Assembly: GCA_963826525.1 (NCBI GenBank)
Contig: CAWGXH010000005.1
Location: 192,001-256,000 of the forward strand
Source of the DNA: an uncultured Methanomicrobiaceae archaeon
Lineage (GTDB): Archaea > Halobacteriota > Methanomicrobia > Methanomicrobiales > Methanoculleaceae
DNA length: 64,000 nt
Direction: 5' to 3'
Shown: piece by piece, positions 45,946 to 58,512 of the stretch
Layout: each line of letters opens with the position of its first letter
How positions within the stretch are numbered: position 1 is the stretch's first letter
Made by a program: the position numbers and the translations under genes
The notes under the pieces: model-generated
Seen by the model: the letters and a program-made list of their open reading frames with translations, nothing else
Told to the model about the DNA's origin: nothing
Databases searched by the model: none

Positions 45946-48366
45946 ATGAGCCGGTACATCTGCATCCACGGTCACTTCTACCAGCCGCCCCGGGAGAACC
46001 CGTGGTTCGGGACGGTGGAGGTGCAGGAGTCTGCTTACCCCTATCATGACTGGAACGAACGTATCGCTGCCGAGTGTTATGGCCCGAACACCGACGCCCG
46101 CGTCCTTGACCGGGACGGGCTGATAACGGATATCGTGAGCAACTACGGGCGGATAAGTTTCAGCGCCGGCCCGACGCTCCTCTCCTGGATGGAGCGCTGC
46201 CGGCCCGATATCTACGAGGCCATCGTCGCCGCCGACCGGGAAGGGCAGGAACGGTTCGGCGGGCACGGCCCGGCGATCGCTCAGGGCTATAACCACATGA
46301 TCCTCCCCCTCGCCGATACTCGGGATAAGCGGACGCAGGTGGTCTGGGGAATACGGGATTTCGAATCCCGGTTCGGCCGGAGACCGGAAGGGATGTGGCT
46401 CCCCGAGACCGCGGTCGATCTCGAGACGCTCGATATCATGGCCGCCGAGGGCATCCGCTTCACCATCCTCGCCCCCCATCAGGCATACCGGGTCAGATCC
46501 CCGGACAGCGGGGAGTGGAGAGGAGGTCGACGGCGGCAGCCTCGACACCACTGTGCCGTACCGCTGCAATCTCCCCTCGGGACGGTCGATCGCGCTCTTC
46601 TTCTACGACGGCGCCATCTCGCACGAGATCGCGTTCGGCGATCTCCTCGACGACGGCCAGCGTTTCGCCGAACGGCTGGTGAACGCCGTAACTCCCGACC
46701 TGCCGGGGCCTCGGCTCGTTCACGTCGCCACGGACGGGGAGACCTACGGCCACCACCGCCGGTTTACGGAGATGGCGCTCGCCTACTGCCTCCGAACGAT
46801 CGAACGGGTGGGGCGAGCCAATCTCACCGTCTATGGCGAGTACCCTGGAGCGCTTCCCTCCCGACCGCGAGGTAGAGATCCGTGAGAACACCTCCTGGAG
46901 CTGCGTCCACGGGATCGAACGGTGGCGGAGCGGGTGCACCTGCGGCACCGGGAAGTACCCGAACGGGACGCACGAGTGGCGGGTCGGCCTCCGCGAGGCT
47001 ACCGTTCGCCTCCGGGAGCGGCTACGTGACCTCTACGTGGGCCGGATCGCCTCACTGGTGCGCGACCCCTGGGAGGCACGCAATGATTACATCAGCCTCA
47101 TCAGGGATAGATCGGACGCGAGTGTCGATCGGTTTCTTGCCCGTCACGGAGCGGCGAACCTCCTGCCGGACGAGACGGCAATGCTGCTCCGGCTCCTTGA
47201 GATGGAACGGCAGGCGATGCTGATGGCTACCAGCTGCGGCTGGTTCTTCGACGACATCTCCGAGCTCGGCTCGGTGCAGGTGATGCGGCACGCGGCGCGG
47301 GCGATGCACCTTGCCGAGGAGATCTTAGGCGTTGACCTCGAGGACGAGTATGTGAGCCCGCTTTCAAGCGCTCCGAGCAATGCAGTAAAATATGGGAACG
47401 GCGCCGAGGTCTATGCTGCCTGTGTCCGGCCGTATCGGATGGACCTCTCCAGGGTCGCCGTCCACTTCGCCGCACTCACGCTCTCCGGCGATCTGCAGAT
47501 GCCGATATGCCGGCCGAGTATACCGGCACGTTCACGGCTGGAGAGGGATGATGGGCTGGCGATCGGCGGTTTACGGCAGGGACGTTCTCCCTTCGCTCCG
47601 CCGTGACTCAGGAGGTCGTCAGCCTCGACTGCGCCGCCCTCTCCACCGGTTCCGGTCTGTTCGTTCTCGGCACACGGCCGCATACGGATGGCGAGGCGGC
47701 GGCGGCTCCTCTTCCGGAATGCGGCGAAGGCTCTCTCGGAGACCGAGGATGAACAGATGCACGCAACCTTCGCCGATGTCTTCGGCGATGCGACTCTATC
47801 CGCTCCGGAGTCTCACCCGCGACGAACAGACGACCATCCTGCACCGCATCCTCGCATCCCGGCACCGGGCGGCGGAGCGTGCTGCCAGGGGGATCGCCCG
47901 GCAGCACGGCCCGCTGCTCCCGCTCATCGGCGAACTCGGGCAGAGGCCGCCTTCCGACTACGCCGGGTTCATCCTGGAGGCGGAACTTTCGACGCTGCTC
48001 ACCGGACGGGAGATCGACCCGGGGTCACTCGAGACAGTTCTCTCGGCGATGGAAGCCTGGGGGGTGCGGCCGGAGGGCCCGGGGACGAACCGGGCGGCGA
48101 CGGATCGACTGACCGCGTGCCTACAACGCCTTGCGCGGACACCCGGCGATCCCTCTCTGCCCGGCAGCATCGTGGAGAGTATCGGAGCCTTTGAGCGAAT
48201 ACCGGTCAGGCCCGACCTCCGCGAGAGCCAGGACATCTTCTTCTCGATATACCAGCAGCAGTATGCAGATATGCAGCGGCGGGCGGGCATGGGAGATCCC
48301 GCTGCCGCGGAATGGCTTAATACCTTTCAGCGACTGGGAGTATACCTGATGGTGAAGATCCGATGA
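45946..48366 (+). CDS. GH57 + DUF3536 glycoside hydrolase, frameshifted
   Basis: CIHGHFYQPPRENPW, GMWLPETAVD, ATDGETYGHH, SWSCVHGIERW, TSCGWFFDDIS. Confidence 0.9.
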
Positions 48367-48427
48367 CCGACCACGGAGAACCTGCAGACCCGATCGGATG
48401 CGTGCCCCACCCTCCGGCGGTGGGAGC

Positions 48428-49926
48428 ATGACCGTCCGGAAGAGCGGCGTCCTCCTCCCGATACCATCCCTTCCCTCCCCTTACGGCATCGGTGATCTCG
48501 GGCCTCATGCATACCGGTTTTGCGGATTTCCTCGCCCGTGCCGGGCAGACGCTCTGGCAGATCCTCCCCATAAATCCCATCAGCACGATCAACGGCAACT
48601 CGCCCTACCAGAGCCTCTCTGCTTTTGCGTTCAACACCCTGCTCATCAGCCCGGAACAACTGGTCGCGGTCGGTCTGCTCGATCAGGCCGATATCGAACC
48701 CTGGCCGGCGTTCCCCGAAGACCGGGTGGACTACCGCGGCATGGCCGAATATAAATCCGGGCTCTTTGATCGTGCCTATACCCGGTTTCGGGAGAGGGGG
48801 GAGGACGCGAACTTCAGGACTTTCTGCGATGCGAACCGCTCGTGGCTCGACGACTATGCCCTCTTTGTCGCGCTCAAAGAGAGTAGCGGCGGGCGCCCCT
48901 GGAACGAATGGGCGCCTGAAGTGCGTGACCGCGACCCGGGGGCACTCGAGCGGAAGGCCTCCGAGCTTGCAGACCGGATCGAGCGGGAGCGGTTCCTGCA
49001 GTACGTTGTCTTTCGCCAGTGGTCGTGGCTGAAGCGGTACTGCCGGCAGCGGGGCATCCAGATCGTCGGTGACATCCCTATCTATGTCACCTACGATAGC
49101 GCCGACGTCTGGACGAACCCGGGGCTCTTCAAGCTGGAGGACGATAAAACGCCGTCGGTCGTCGCCGGTGTCCCCGGGGACTATTTTAACCCCGACGGTC
49201 AGCTCTGGGGCAACCCGGTCTACGACTGGGATGCGCTCCGGGCACAGGGATATCGCTGGTGGATACAGCGGGTCGAGCATACCCTCTCTCTTGTCGACCA
49301 GGCCCAGGATCGATCACTTCCGCGGTTTTGTCGGGTACTGGGAGGTGCCGGCATCCGAGAAGACAGCACGGAACGGCTACTGGATGGCAGGGCCTGGTCA
49401 GGACTTCTTCATCCACCTTCTCCGTTCGCTCCCCTGCCTCCCCTTCATCGCCGAAGATCTCGGGTTCATCACCGCCGAGGTGCGTGAACTGATGCACCGA
49501 CTTTCCCTGCCCGGTATGCGTCTCCTCATCTTCGGATTCCTCGGCGATCCCGCCGGCAGTCCGTTCACCCCGCATAATTATCCGCCTCACGCCGTCGCCT
49601 ACACGGGTACGCACGACACCAACACCGTGCGGGGATGGTTCGAGGAGGAGGCCGGCCAGGATCAGCGGCGGGCGTTCTTCCACTACATCGGCAGGGAGAT
49701 TCCTACAGACACCGTTCACTGGGAGTTTGTGCGGCTCGTCATGATGTCGGTCGCGGAGACCGTGATCATCCCGATGCAGGATCTCCTCGGACTCGGCGCA
49801 GAAGCCCGGATGAACCGGCCGGGTATAGCAGAGGGGAACTGGGAATGGCGAGTGAAGGCGGATCAGTTATCAGACGATCTCGCCGGCCGCCTCTCTGCCA
49901 TGGCGACGGTTTACGGAAGGGCATGA
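48428..49926 (+). CDS. malQ: Second 4-alpha-glucanotransferase (GH77), frameshifted
   Basis: SGVLLPIPSLP, GDIPIYV, GQLWGNP, RIDHFRG, AEDLG, YTGTHDT. Confidence 0.92.
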
Positions 49927-50026
49927 AAATTGCAGCATTTTGCCGGATCTGCCCTCTACACTAATATACTGCGAAGTATATAATTATAAACACAGGCGTA
50001 AGGATGCGCCCCAGGTGGTAGCAGAC

Positions 50027-52176
50027 ATGGAGGACGGAAAGAGAGAGCAGTTTTCACGCGTTCCGGAGCGGATCGCAGGTCTCGTCGACCTTGCATACAA
50101 TCTCTGGTGGAGCTGGAATCCGGAAGCACGGTTCCTCTTCAAACAGACTGAATCAGCAGGCCTGGAAGGCGAGCACTCACAACCCGGTCAGGATGCTCCG
50201 CGAGATCCCGCAGGAGTTTCTCGACAGAGCCGCCGCACATCCCGAATATCTCCACCGCTACGATATAATCATGCACCGGTTCCGCCGGTATATGGAGGCG
50301 ACCGGGGGATGGTTCTCGGAGAAGTTCGGCGAGAGCGACATCCCGACGATCGCGTACTTCTCTGCCGAGTACGGTCTCCACCATTCGCTCCCGTTCTATG
50401 CGGGGGGGCTCGGGTTCCTGGCCGGGGATCACCTCAAGGAGTGCAGCGACCTCGGCGTCCCCATGGTTGCCGTCGGGTTCATGTACTCAAAGGGCTACCT
50501 CCACCAGCATATCCGTCCCGACGGCTGGCAGGACGGCATCAATGAGCCTCTCGACCGCGAGGCCGCTCCCATAACACAGGGTACTCGACGAGAGCGGCGA
50601 GCAGATTATCGTCCAGGTGCCGCACATCGAACCGCCGATCTATGTCGCGGTCTGGAAAGTGCAGGTCGGGAGAGTCCCCGTCTACCTCCTCGATACCGAT
50701 ATCCCGATCAATGACCCTGCTGCGAGGACGATCTCCTCGCAGCTCTATATCGGTGATAGGGAGCAGCGCCTCCGCCAGGAGATCGTTCTCGGGATCGGCG
50801 GTCGGAAAGTGCTGCACGCTCTCGGGATCGAGTACTCGGCGGTGCACCTCAACGAAGGCCATCCGGCGTTTGCGCTGCTCGAGCGGATCCGCGAGCGGGT
50901 CGAGATCGGCATGTCCTTCGAACAGGCGCTGGAATACGTGCGGGGCACCTCGGTCTTCACGACGCACACCCCGGTCCCGGCAGGCCACGACGTCTTCCCC
51001 TTCGACCTGATCGACCGCTACTTCGGGAGCTACTACCCGTCCCTTGGAATCGACCGGAACACGTTCTTCCAACTCGGCCTCCACCCGGAGTATCCCGAGA
51101 ACGGTTTTAACATGACGGCACTTGCTCTCCGGGCATCCGCGCACCATAACGGCGTCTCCCGGACGAACGGCGTGGTCGCCCGGGATATGTGGAAGTGCCT
51201 CTGGCCGGGAGCGCCGGAGGGGTGTGTTCCCATCGATCACGTGACAAACGGCGTCCACGTTCCCACCTGGATGAATCCCCGGGTGCGGGAGCTCTACGAC
51301 CGGCACATCGGGCCGGTCTGCCCGGACTGGATGGAGGTGCACGACGATCCGGCGATCTGGAAACTCGCCGATGAGATCCCGGATGAAGAACTCTGGCACC
51401 TGCACCAGTGGCTGAAGGCAAAACTCTTCAACCGGATGCGGGAGCGAAAACGGGTGAAGTGGAACGAAGGGCGGAACGAGCCGATCAACCTCGTGGCCGA
51501 GGGAGCGTTCTTGAACCCCTCCATCCTCACCATCGGGTTTGCCCGCCGGTTCTCGACCTACAAACGTGCGAACCTGATCTTTGAGGATCTCGATCGGTTA
51601 AAGCGGATCCTGACCAATCCGTGGCGCCCGGTGCAGATAATCTTCGCCGGGAAAGCTCACCCTTCGGACAACGACGGCAAACGCATCCTCCAGGAGATCT
51701 ACCGGTACGCACAGCAGCCCGAGTTCGGCGGGCGGATCGCCTTTGTAGAGGATTACGGCGAGCAGATGGCGCAGTACCTGGTGCACGGTGTCGATGTCTG
51801 GCTCAACAACCCGCTGCCGCCGATGGAAGCGAGCGGGACGAGCGGGATGAAGGCGTCCTTAAACGGCGTCTTAAACCTCTCCATCCTCGACGGCTGGTGG
51901 GTCGAAGGGTATAACGGCAGAAACGGCTGGGCGTTCGGCGGGGAGGCGGTCTCATGCAACCGCGACGAGGTCGACGCCGGCGCCATCTATCGCATCCTCG
52001 AAGAAGAGGTCATCCCGCGCTATTACTCCCGGTCGATCGACGGCATTCCCCATGACTGGGTGAAGATGATGAAGGAGTCGATCATGAGCAACAGTCCGCA
52101 GTTCTCTGCACGGCGGATGGTCAAGGAGTACGTCTGGAAGTCACTACCCCTCCCTCCAGAAGGCTGCCGAGGCTGA
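50027..52176 (+). CDS. glgP: Alpha-glucan phosphorylase (GT35), frameshifted; 3' end approximate
   Basis: LAYNLWWSW, YFSAEYG, HLNEGHPA, GFARRFSTYKR, EASGTSGMKA. Confidence 0.93.
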
Positions 52177-52345
52177 TTATCGTGCGGTCTGCGCCGTCTC
52201 GGAGAAGAAAACCGCATGGAACCTTGAGCGCAGGCGCGGCGGGAGTGAGGCGATCAAGTTTCCGGGCGAGACCGACTGAGGGCGGCACCCCCTTTCCTTT
52301 TTTATACGAGCAGCGGCACTATCCTCCAGCCCCATTGGCGAGGTG

Positions 52346-53483
52346 ATGGTGATGTCTGAAGTATTCATTCACGGTGTGCCCGCCGACGCACCGGCACGGG
52401 AACTCTCCGCTGCAATTACGGATGTCTTTCTGAAGGCTACCGGCAGCCTCTCGTGGCTCTCTCCCGGCGATACCGTCCTCTTAAAGCCCGCCCATAACTC
52501 GGGCGACCCGTATCCGGCGACGGCGAACCCGCTCGTCGTCCATGCGGTCGCCGATCTTCTTGCCGGGCAGGGCGCCGAGGTCGTCGTCGGCGACCAGGCA
52601 GGCGTCGCGGCCGTGGTGCAGAACCCGTCGGGCGTGGTCAAAGGCTCGACGACCGACCTCTTCCAGGAGAGCGGGATGAGCAGAGGCGGAGCCCACCGGT
52701 TCGTCGGCTTCGAGCGGGAAGGGTGGGATACGGGCTACTCGCACTTCCCGGCCGATCAGGCGCCCTCCTGGCCGAACGGGTTTTACTATTCGTCGTGGAT
52801 CGACCGGGTCGACCACGTCGTCGCCCTGCCGCGGCTCTCCACCCATTCCCAGGCAGGAGTAACCCTCGGGTTCAAGAACTGGGTCGGGATCCTCCGCGAC
52901 GACTCCAGGGTTGAGTTCCATGCGGAAGGCCCTTTCTACTCCTTCATCGAGAGTGCGGTGAAGGACGCGAACCTCAAGACCGACTACCGAAGCCGGGATG
53001 CGTTCTTCGAGCGGATCTGCGAGATCGCGCTTGCGGTGCGAGACAAACTCAGGGTGACGCTCTTTGTCGGCACGCAGGCGCAGGTTACATTCGGGCCGAA
53101 TGCCTATGCCGTGCACAACAGCTACGGCGGCCTCGGGGAGGCGCATGTGGTCACCCCCGATCCCGGCGTCGTCTTCGCGAGCGCCGATCCGGTTGCGGCG
53201 GAGATCGTGGGGCTTGCATTCCTCACGCACCTCTATGAGAGCGTGCCCTTCTACCAGAAGCTCTCCTGGAAGGCGGCACTCTTCGCGAACGGCCAGGCAC
53301 AGGAACTCGGTGAGCAGAGCGTCTGGGAAAACCCCTTCGTCGTTCACGCTCTCGCGCTCGGCTTCGGAAGTCGCGACGTGGAGGCACGGTACACGGCAGT
53401 GCCGGACGATCTACGGGAGCAGTTCGACGCGCTCATCGGGGATACCCGGGCGGTGGCACCGGGTGGCGTCAGGACCCGGGTGA
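52346..53483 (+). CDS. DUF362 domain protein (3' end uncertain)
   Basis: GDTVLLKPAHN, LPRLSTHSQAGVTLGFKNWVG, ASADPVA. Confidence 0.8.
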
Positions 53484-53664
53484 GCGACTCGAGCTCTTCC
53501 TGGATGGTCTTTCGGATCATCCGCTCGATCTTCTCGTATTCGGCCCGTGCCTTCTCGGTTCGGGCAATGATATCAGCCATTTTTATCACTCCCGCGGAGA
53601 GCGAGTCCCCGTAGGTGAGCGCAATTGCCAGTGCCTCTTCATCGATCCGGACGACCTTCGACAT
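53469..53664 (-). CDS. Small putative ribbon-helix-helix DNA-binding protein with coiled-coil tail (3' end uncertain)
   Basis: MSKVVRIDEEALAIALTYGDSLSAGVIKMA shows a beta-strand-helix-helix pattern, followed by EYEKIERMIRKTIQEELE. Confidence 0.6.
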
Positions 53665-53665
53665 T

Positions 53666-53740
53666 GTTACAGTAGTGTAACGCTCACGGATATAATGTTA
53701 CAGTTTTGTAACGGCATCCGGTGCGTTACAGAACTGTAAC
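53666..53740. promoter_or_regulatory. Three palindromic operators GTTACA-N4-TGTAAC flanking a TATA box
   Basis: 53666-53681 GTTACAGTAGTGTAAC; 53697-53712 GTTACAGTTTTGTAAC; 53725-53740 GTTACAGAACTGTAAC. Minus-strand TTATAT at ~53690-53695. Confidence 0.85.
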
Positions 53741-53776
53741 ATTCCCGCAGGAGCCCCGGATGAGACTCGCGGCGTC

Positions 53777-55330
53777 TTACTCCGCTTTGGCATAGAGCAG
53801 GAGGGGGTGACCCGTCTCATCGGTGAGCACGAGGCTCCTCTCCTCGAGGCGGTACCCGGTCACGCCTCGAGGAGCATGAAGACTGCTCCTCCTGCTCCAT
53901 CACGCCTGTGGGTTCGGTGAAGAGGATATCCGTCCGATAACCGGGTGCGAAGAGAGCGAGATGCTCGATCCGGTGATCGGGATAATAATTTCCCGCATTT
54001 CCGCCCATCCGGCCTCTCCAGAAGAAGCGGTGATTGCAGTACCGTCGAGGGAGACCGTCCAGAGGTCACTTGACCCCGGTAGGACTGCAGCGTCCAGTTC
54101 GACCCGGCGAGAATCGTCCAGGATTCACTGACTGCCTCGAAATTCCAGAATGAGTCCCTCCGGCATCGATGAGCGTCAGCCGGTCGCCCTCGATCCGGTA
54201 CTCCGCCGTCGTGCTGAGAAGGTTGAGGTAGCGAGTCTCCTGCTCCATCACGCCCGCGGGCTCGGTGCAGTGCATCTTGGTCGAACCGATCGAACCGATC
54301 GTCAGCCGGTTGCCGTCGACGGTGTAGTCCCCGCCGTAGGAATTGCACCCGGCAGACCCGCCGACCGAGCCGTTCCCGAATATCGCGGTGATCTCCGTCC
54401 CGGCGATGAGCGAGGAGACGGTATCGCCCGGCCCTCCGATGGTGGTCAGCGTCCAGGTCGTGTTCTCGAGCGGCAGCGGTGCAGATTCTGGCACCGCCCG
54501 GAACTCCAGCACCGCCTCACCCGATCCGCCCGTGAGCATCAGCCGGTCGCCCTCGATCCGGTACCCCGCCGCCGCGCCGAGAGGTCGAGGTAGCGGTCTT
54601 CCTGCTCCATGATCCCGGCCGGATCACGGCAGTACATCTCCGTCCGGAAGAGTGATCCAAAGGTGAGGGCCGACCCGTTCTCCGTATATTCTCCGCCGTA
54701 ACTGTTGCAACCGGCGGAGCCGCCGACAGACCCATTTCCGAAGATCGCCGTGACACGGGTGCCGGTGATGACCGATACCATCGTGGCATTACCGCTGCTA
54801 TATGACTGAAGCTCCCATGTCGGCCCTTCGAGATGCACCGTATCAGGGGCGCCTGCCCGTTCGTAGGTCAGGATCGGCCGTCCTTCGGGATCGAGGAATA
54901 CCAACTGGTCGCCCTCGACCCGGAAGGCTGCTGCCGATCCGAGAAGGTCGAGATACCTGCTCTCCTGGTCCATGATCCCCGGGGGCTCCGTGCAGGCCAT
55001 CAGCGTCGAGACGATCGAGGTGATCTCGATGGCGGTTCCCGAAACGCTATAGGATCCCGAGTAGCCGTTGCACCCGGCCGAGCCGGTGACGAGGCCGCCC
55101 TCGGTGAAGTTGGCGGTTATCGTCGTTCCCTGCAATACGGGAGTTTCAGTCCCGTTTTCGTCTGCGTACGAAAGGAGCGTCCAGGCCGAGCCGGCCAATG
55201 AGCCGGCGTCGGGGCCTGCCGTTGTTCCCCCCCACGTGCACCCGGCGGATACGATGCATGCAGCAATAATGACGAGCAGTGCCACCTTTGCCGCTCCATG
55301 CTGCCGGTTCCAGGCACTCTTTTGCACCAT
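53777..55330 (-). CDS. Lipoprotein with about four tandem META (HslJ) domains, frameshifted
   Basis: Lipobox-like VSAGC, then repeated GSAGCNxYxGxY..STxMxC..GIMEQExRYL units. Confidence 0.85.
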
Positions 55331-55427
55331 AGTCTGGGTATAAGGCCGTGGAGGAGAAAAAGGGATTGTTGACTTCGAAATTCTTCGGATCTATTCGTGT
55401 ACTATCGCCGGGCATGCATGATCCGGG

Positions 55428-55856
55428 TCACACTCCCGGATACGATCTACCCTCCGCCTGATCTGCCGCCGGCACGGAGAAGTGCGACTGGGCAAGGAGC
55501 CAGGCGTGCCCCGTACCGCGGAAGACCGCGGTATACCGACCGACGATCTGCAGGCGCTCGCCGCCGACAGTGGCACCGACCGTCATGCCGCACATCACCC
55601 AGGCGATCGTCCCCTCGGCGCTGATCCGGATATCCGAATATGCAACAGTGATCTCTGATCCTTCCCGTGTATCGCGCTCGAACTGTCGGCGGAATGCGTC
55701 TTTCCCGATTACCGTCTCATCCGCCCCGGTGCCGAAACCCCGGCACTCCGCGTCGACGAGCGCCATCATGCCCTCTGCGTCTTTTGTCTCGAGAGCCCCG
55801 GCGATCCGCTCGAGCATACGCAGTATCTGGTTTCTTGTCTGCTCACTGACCTTCAT
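55428..55856 (-). CDS. NTF2/SnoaL-like protein
   Basis: FGTGADE, GTIAWV, RYTAVF..WLLAQSHFSVP. Confidence 0.85.
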   Translation of the reverse strand: MKVSEQTRNQILRMLERIAGALETKDAEGMMALVDAECRGFGTGADETVIGKDAFRRQFERDTREGSEITVAYSDIRISAEGTIAWVMCGMTVGATVGGERLQIVGRYTAVFRGTGHAWLLAQSHFSVPAADQAEGRSYPGV

Positions 55857-55997
55857 ACCAGAAGTTCGCGCGTGAATGGGAGAAGTTCCTTTCGTTTTCT
55901 CTTCCCCGGAGGAGAAAACGGCGAACTCTTATGCTCCCGTCACCGATGGATGCTATGGACGCGTGCGGCTTTCCCGGGTGCACGCGGGTGATGAGCC

Positions 55998-57066
55998 ATG
56001 TATTTTCTCTCCGAACCTGAAAAAGCGCACTGGGCATCCCTTGCCCGGAGCATCGTAACATCCGGTATCGGTCCTGATGAGTTCGACGGCTATGTCAGGC
56101 CGCAACTTCTCCCGGTCTTCCAGGTACCACGTCGGCACCCTGCTTGCGGCGGAGGGGCAGGGAGAGCGGGGTATAGAGTGGTTGCAGGCAGGCACCCTCG
56201 GGGAGCGGGAAGGGCTCTTCTCCTCGACCTTCCTCCTCGGATTCCTTGAACGTCACGGTGGGCGGTTGCACGCCCCTGCCGTCTGCTTCGCCGACCCGCG
56301 CCCGTACATTCACTTCACCGGAGTTCCTGTGATGCGGAGCGCACGCGAGGCTTTTATCGAGCAGTGTGCATGCACCCTGCCGCCCTTCGACGAGCCGCTC
56401 CGGATGATGGATATCGGGTGCGGCGACGGAGGCCTCACGGCGGCGCTGCTCGCTCACCTGCAGGAGACCGGCACGGCGCCTGAGATAGGAGAGGTGCTGC
56501 TGATCGACTCGTCGCCCGCAATGCTCGAGCTCGCCGAAAAAACCGTGCGTGAACGAATTCCCGGGGTGACCGTCACCACCGCAAACCACACGATTCAGGA
56601 GATCTCTGCCGTGATCGACCGCCGGTTCGACCTTGCCGTCAGTTCGCTCGCATACCACCATATGCCGATCGAGGAGAAACGAATTCACCTCGCCCGCTTG
56701 AAGCCCTGGATAGACCACTTTATCCTCTTTGAGATGGATGCGAACAACGACACTCCCGATCTCGGGTCGCCGGATCTCGCGCTCGCGATCTACCAGTCCT
56801 ACGGTCGTATCATCGACTTCGTCTTCTCGCACGACGCTCCCGTCGACGTAGCCACCCGGTGCGTGGATAACTTCCTCATGACCGAAGTCGTCTCGCTCCT
56901 CACCGAGCCCCGGGGCGACCGTACGGATAACCATATGCTCCGCGGCCAGTGGCAGAGGCTCTTCGACGAGGTGCTCGGGCCTGAGTTCGACTGCCGGTGT
57001 GACGCCCCCTGCTATGCAGATGAGTATATCACCCTCTTCACGATGCATTACGGGCGGAGCGCCTGA
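55998..57066 (+). CDS. Class I SAM-dependent methyltransferase (N-terminus frameshifted)
   Basis: MDIGCGDG, LIDSSPAML, SSLAYHHM. Confidence 0.8.
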
Positions 57067-57271
57067 GCGATCCTTCTCTCGCTTGGGCAGGTACCGTCCC
57101 GTCCGTCACGCGGCTTCCGGCGAATATCCCATCAGCGTAAGGGGGCACCTCCCTCACCCTCATTGCGGTTTCCCCCGATCCACCGGATCTGATATTCCGG
57201 GAATGGTCGGCAGGATGGATTTTGTTATCAAACCCCGTGTGCATAAATAACAGACGATAGGATCGTTGTGT

Positions 57272-58174
57272 ATGAGGCATTTCCCGGTTTATTTCTTCCT
57301 CTCACTCCTTCTCCTGGTATCGGTCATCGGTGCAGCCGGGTGCTCTCGACACGGCATCGGTAAGAACGATGCAACCACGGGCGATACCCCGGACCATGGC
57401 GGATTGACCACGCCGTCATCGTTGTGCAGAATCTTACTGCATCGACGGACACATTCGGTGCAGCGGGATTCAACGTCGTTCCGGGAGGCGACCATGCGGA
57501 CAACCTCACCCAGAACGCACTTATCCCGTTCAAAGACGGTAGTTACCTGGAGATCTTCGCCCCTACCGATCCGGCCATGGCTGCCGAGATGCACGATCTT
57601 GTATCCTCCGGTAACGTTCGATACCGCTATGACGGGAACAGATGCGATGCAAAAGCGGTTCATGCGTCACCTCGCAGAGGGAACCGGCCTCGAAGACTTT
57701 GCTATCTCCTCTCCCGGACTCAATCTCTCTGAAGAACAGATGCTGGCAGAGCGCGGAGGCGTTATCCTTGCAGGGCCGATTCCAATGTCACGGACACGGC
57801 CTGACGGGATCTGCGTGCGATGGAATGTTGCTGTGCCCGTGTTCAATTATTCGACCTGTGTGCCGTTCCTCATCGTGGATGACACGCCACGAACCCTTCG
57901 GGTACCGGACGGAAACGTGACCGCACATCCGAACGGAGCGACCGGCATCAGGAGCATCGAGATAGCAACTTACGATCCCGTCGCAGTTACCCGTTGGTAC
58001 GATACGGTGTTATCCACGTCACCTATGGGTAACACTCCGACCACATACACGCTGAACGGATCTGTTATAATGGTGCGGGGAGTCGCCAGGAACGAAACCG
58101 AAGGGCCGGTCGGGATCCTACTGAATACCGATACGGGCGCTCCGTTCTCACTTCAGAATTTCACGTTCGAATAG
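57272..58174 (+). CDS. Lipoprotein with VOC / glyoxalase-like domain, frameshifted
   Basis: Signal/lipobox AAGC, GFNVVPGGDH..TQNALIPFKDGSYLEI, SRTRPDG..W, PFLI.DDTPR..HPNGATGI. Confidence 0.75.
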   Translation: MRHFPVYFFLSLLLLVSVIGAAGCSRHGIGKNDATTGDTPDHGGLTTPSSLCRILLHRRTHSVQRDSTSFREATMRTTSPRTHLSRSKTVVTWRSSPLPIRPWLPRCTILYPPVTFDTAMTGTDAMQKRFMRHLAEGTGLEDFAISSPGLNLSEEQMLAERGGVILAGPIPMSRTRPDGICVRWNVAVPVFNYSTCVPFLIVDDTPRTLRVPDGNVTAHPNGATGIRSIEIATYDPVAVTRWYDTVLSTSPMGNTPTTYTLNGSVIMVRGVARNETEGPVGILLNTDTGAPFSLQNFTFE

Positions 58175-58253
58175 TGTCGGAGGTCATCCCAATCTCTTTT
58201 ACAGGAGGGGGGGGTCTCCCCCTCTCCGCCGCAGAAGTTCCGAGACGACCTCT

Positions 58254-58512
58254 TTACGATATCGATCGTTCCGGGGCGCCGGCAGCGTCACCGGAGAGAT
58301 TGTCCAGGGATCCCGCTACAATCTCCCCCGTCCGGTCGGTCAGATAGTTCCACCGCTCGCGAAGACGCGAGGAGAAATCGGGTGACCCGAGAATGTTGAG
58401 TATTTCCGAAATCCCGCCGTCGTCACACACTTCCTGCCGGAACCAGAGCTCGGTACGACTCGGAGCCGAGCGGTACGAACCGGAGACCCGCAGCAGTGGC
58501 CGCACCGGGCAC
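58254..58512 (-). pseudogene. 3' remnant resembling the C-terminal substrate-binding domain of MoeA-PBP fusion proteins
   Basis: AATAAGLRFVPLGSESY/ELWFRQE..ISEILNILGSPDFSSRL..TDRTGEIV, matching from recall GLDFVPL.EERYDL..RTGEI. No 5' part is present. Confidence 0.55.

Noticed and set aside
53666-53740. Triple repeat considered as a mini-CRISPR array
   Set aside because: The 16-bp repeats with 12-15 bp spacers are too short, there are no cas genes, and the promoter position fits operators.
53777-55330. Nucleotide-level repeats in this region as a mobile or array element
   Set aside because: They are explained by tandem META protein domains.
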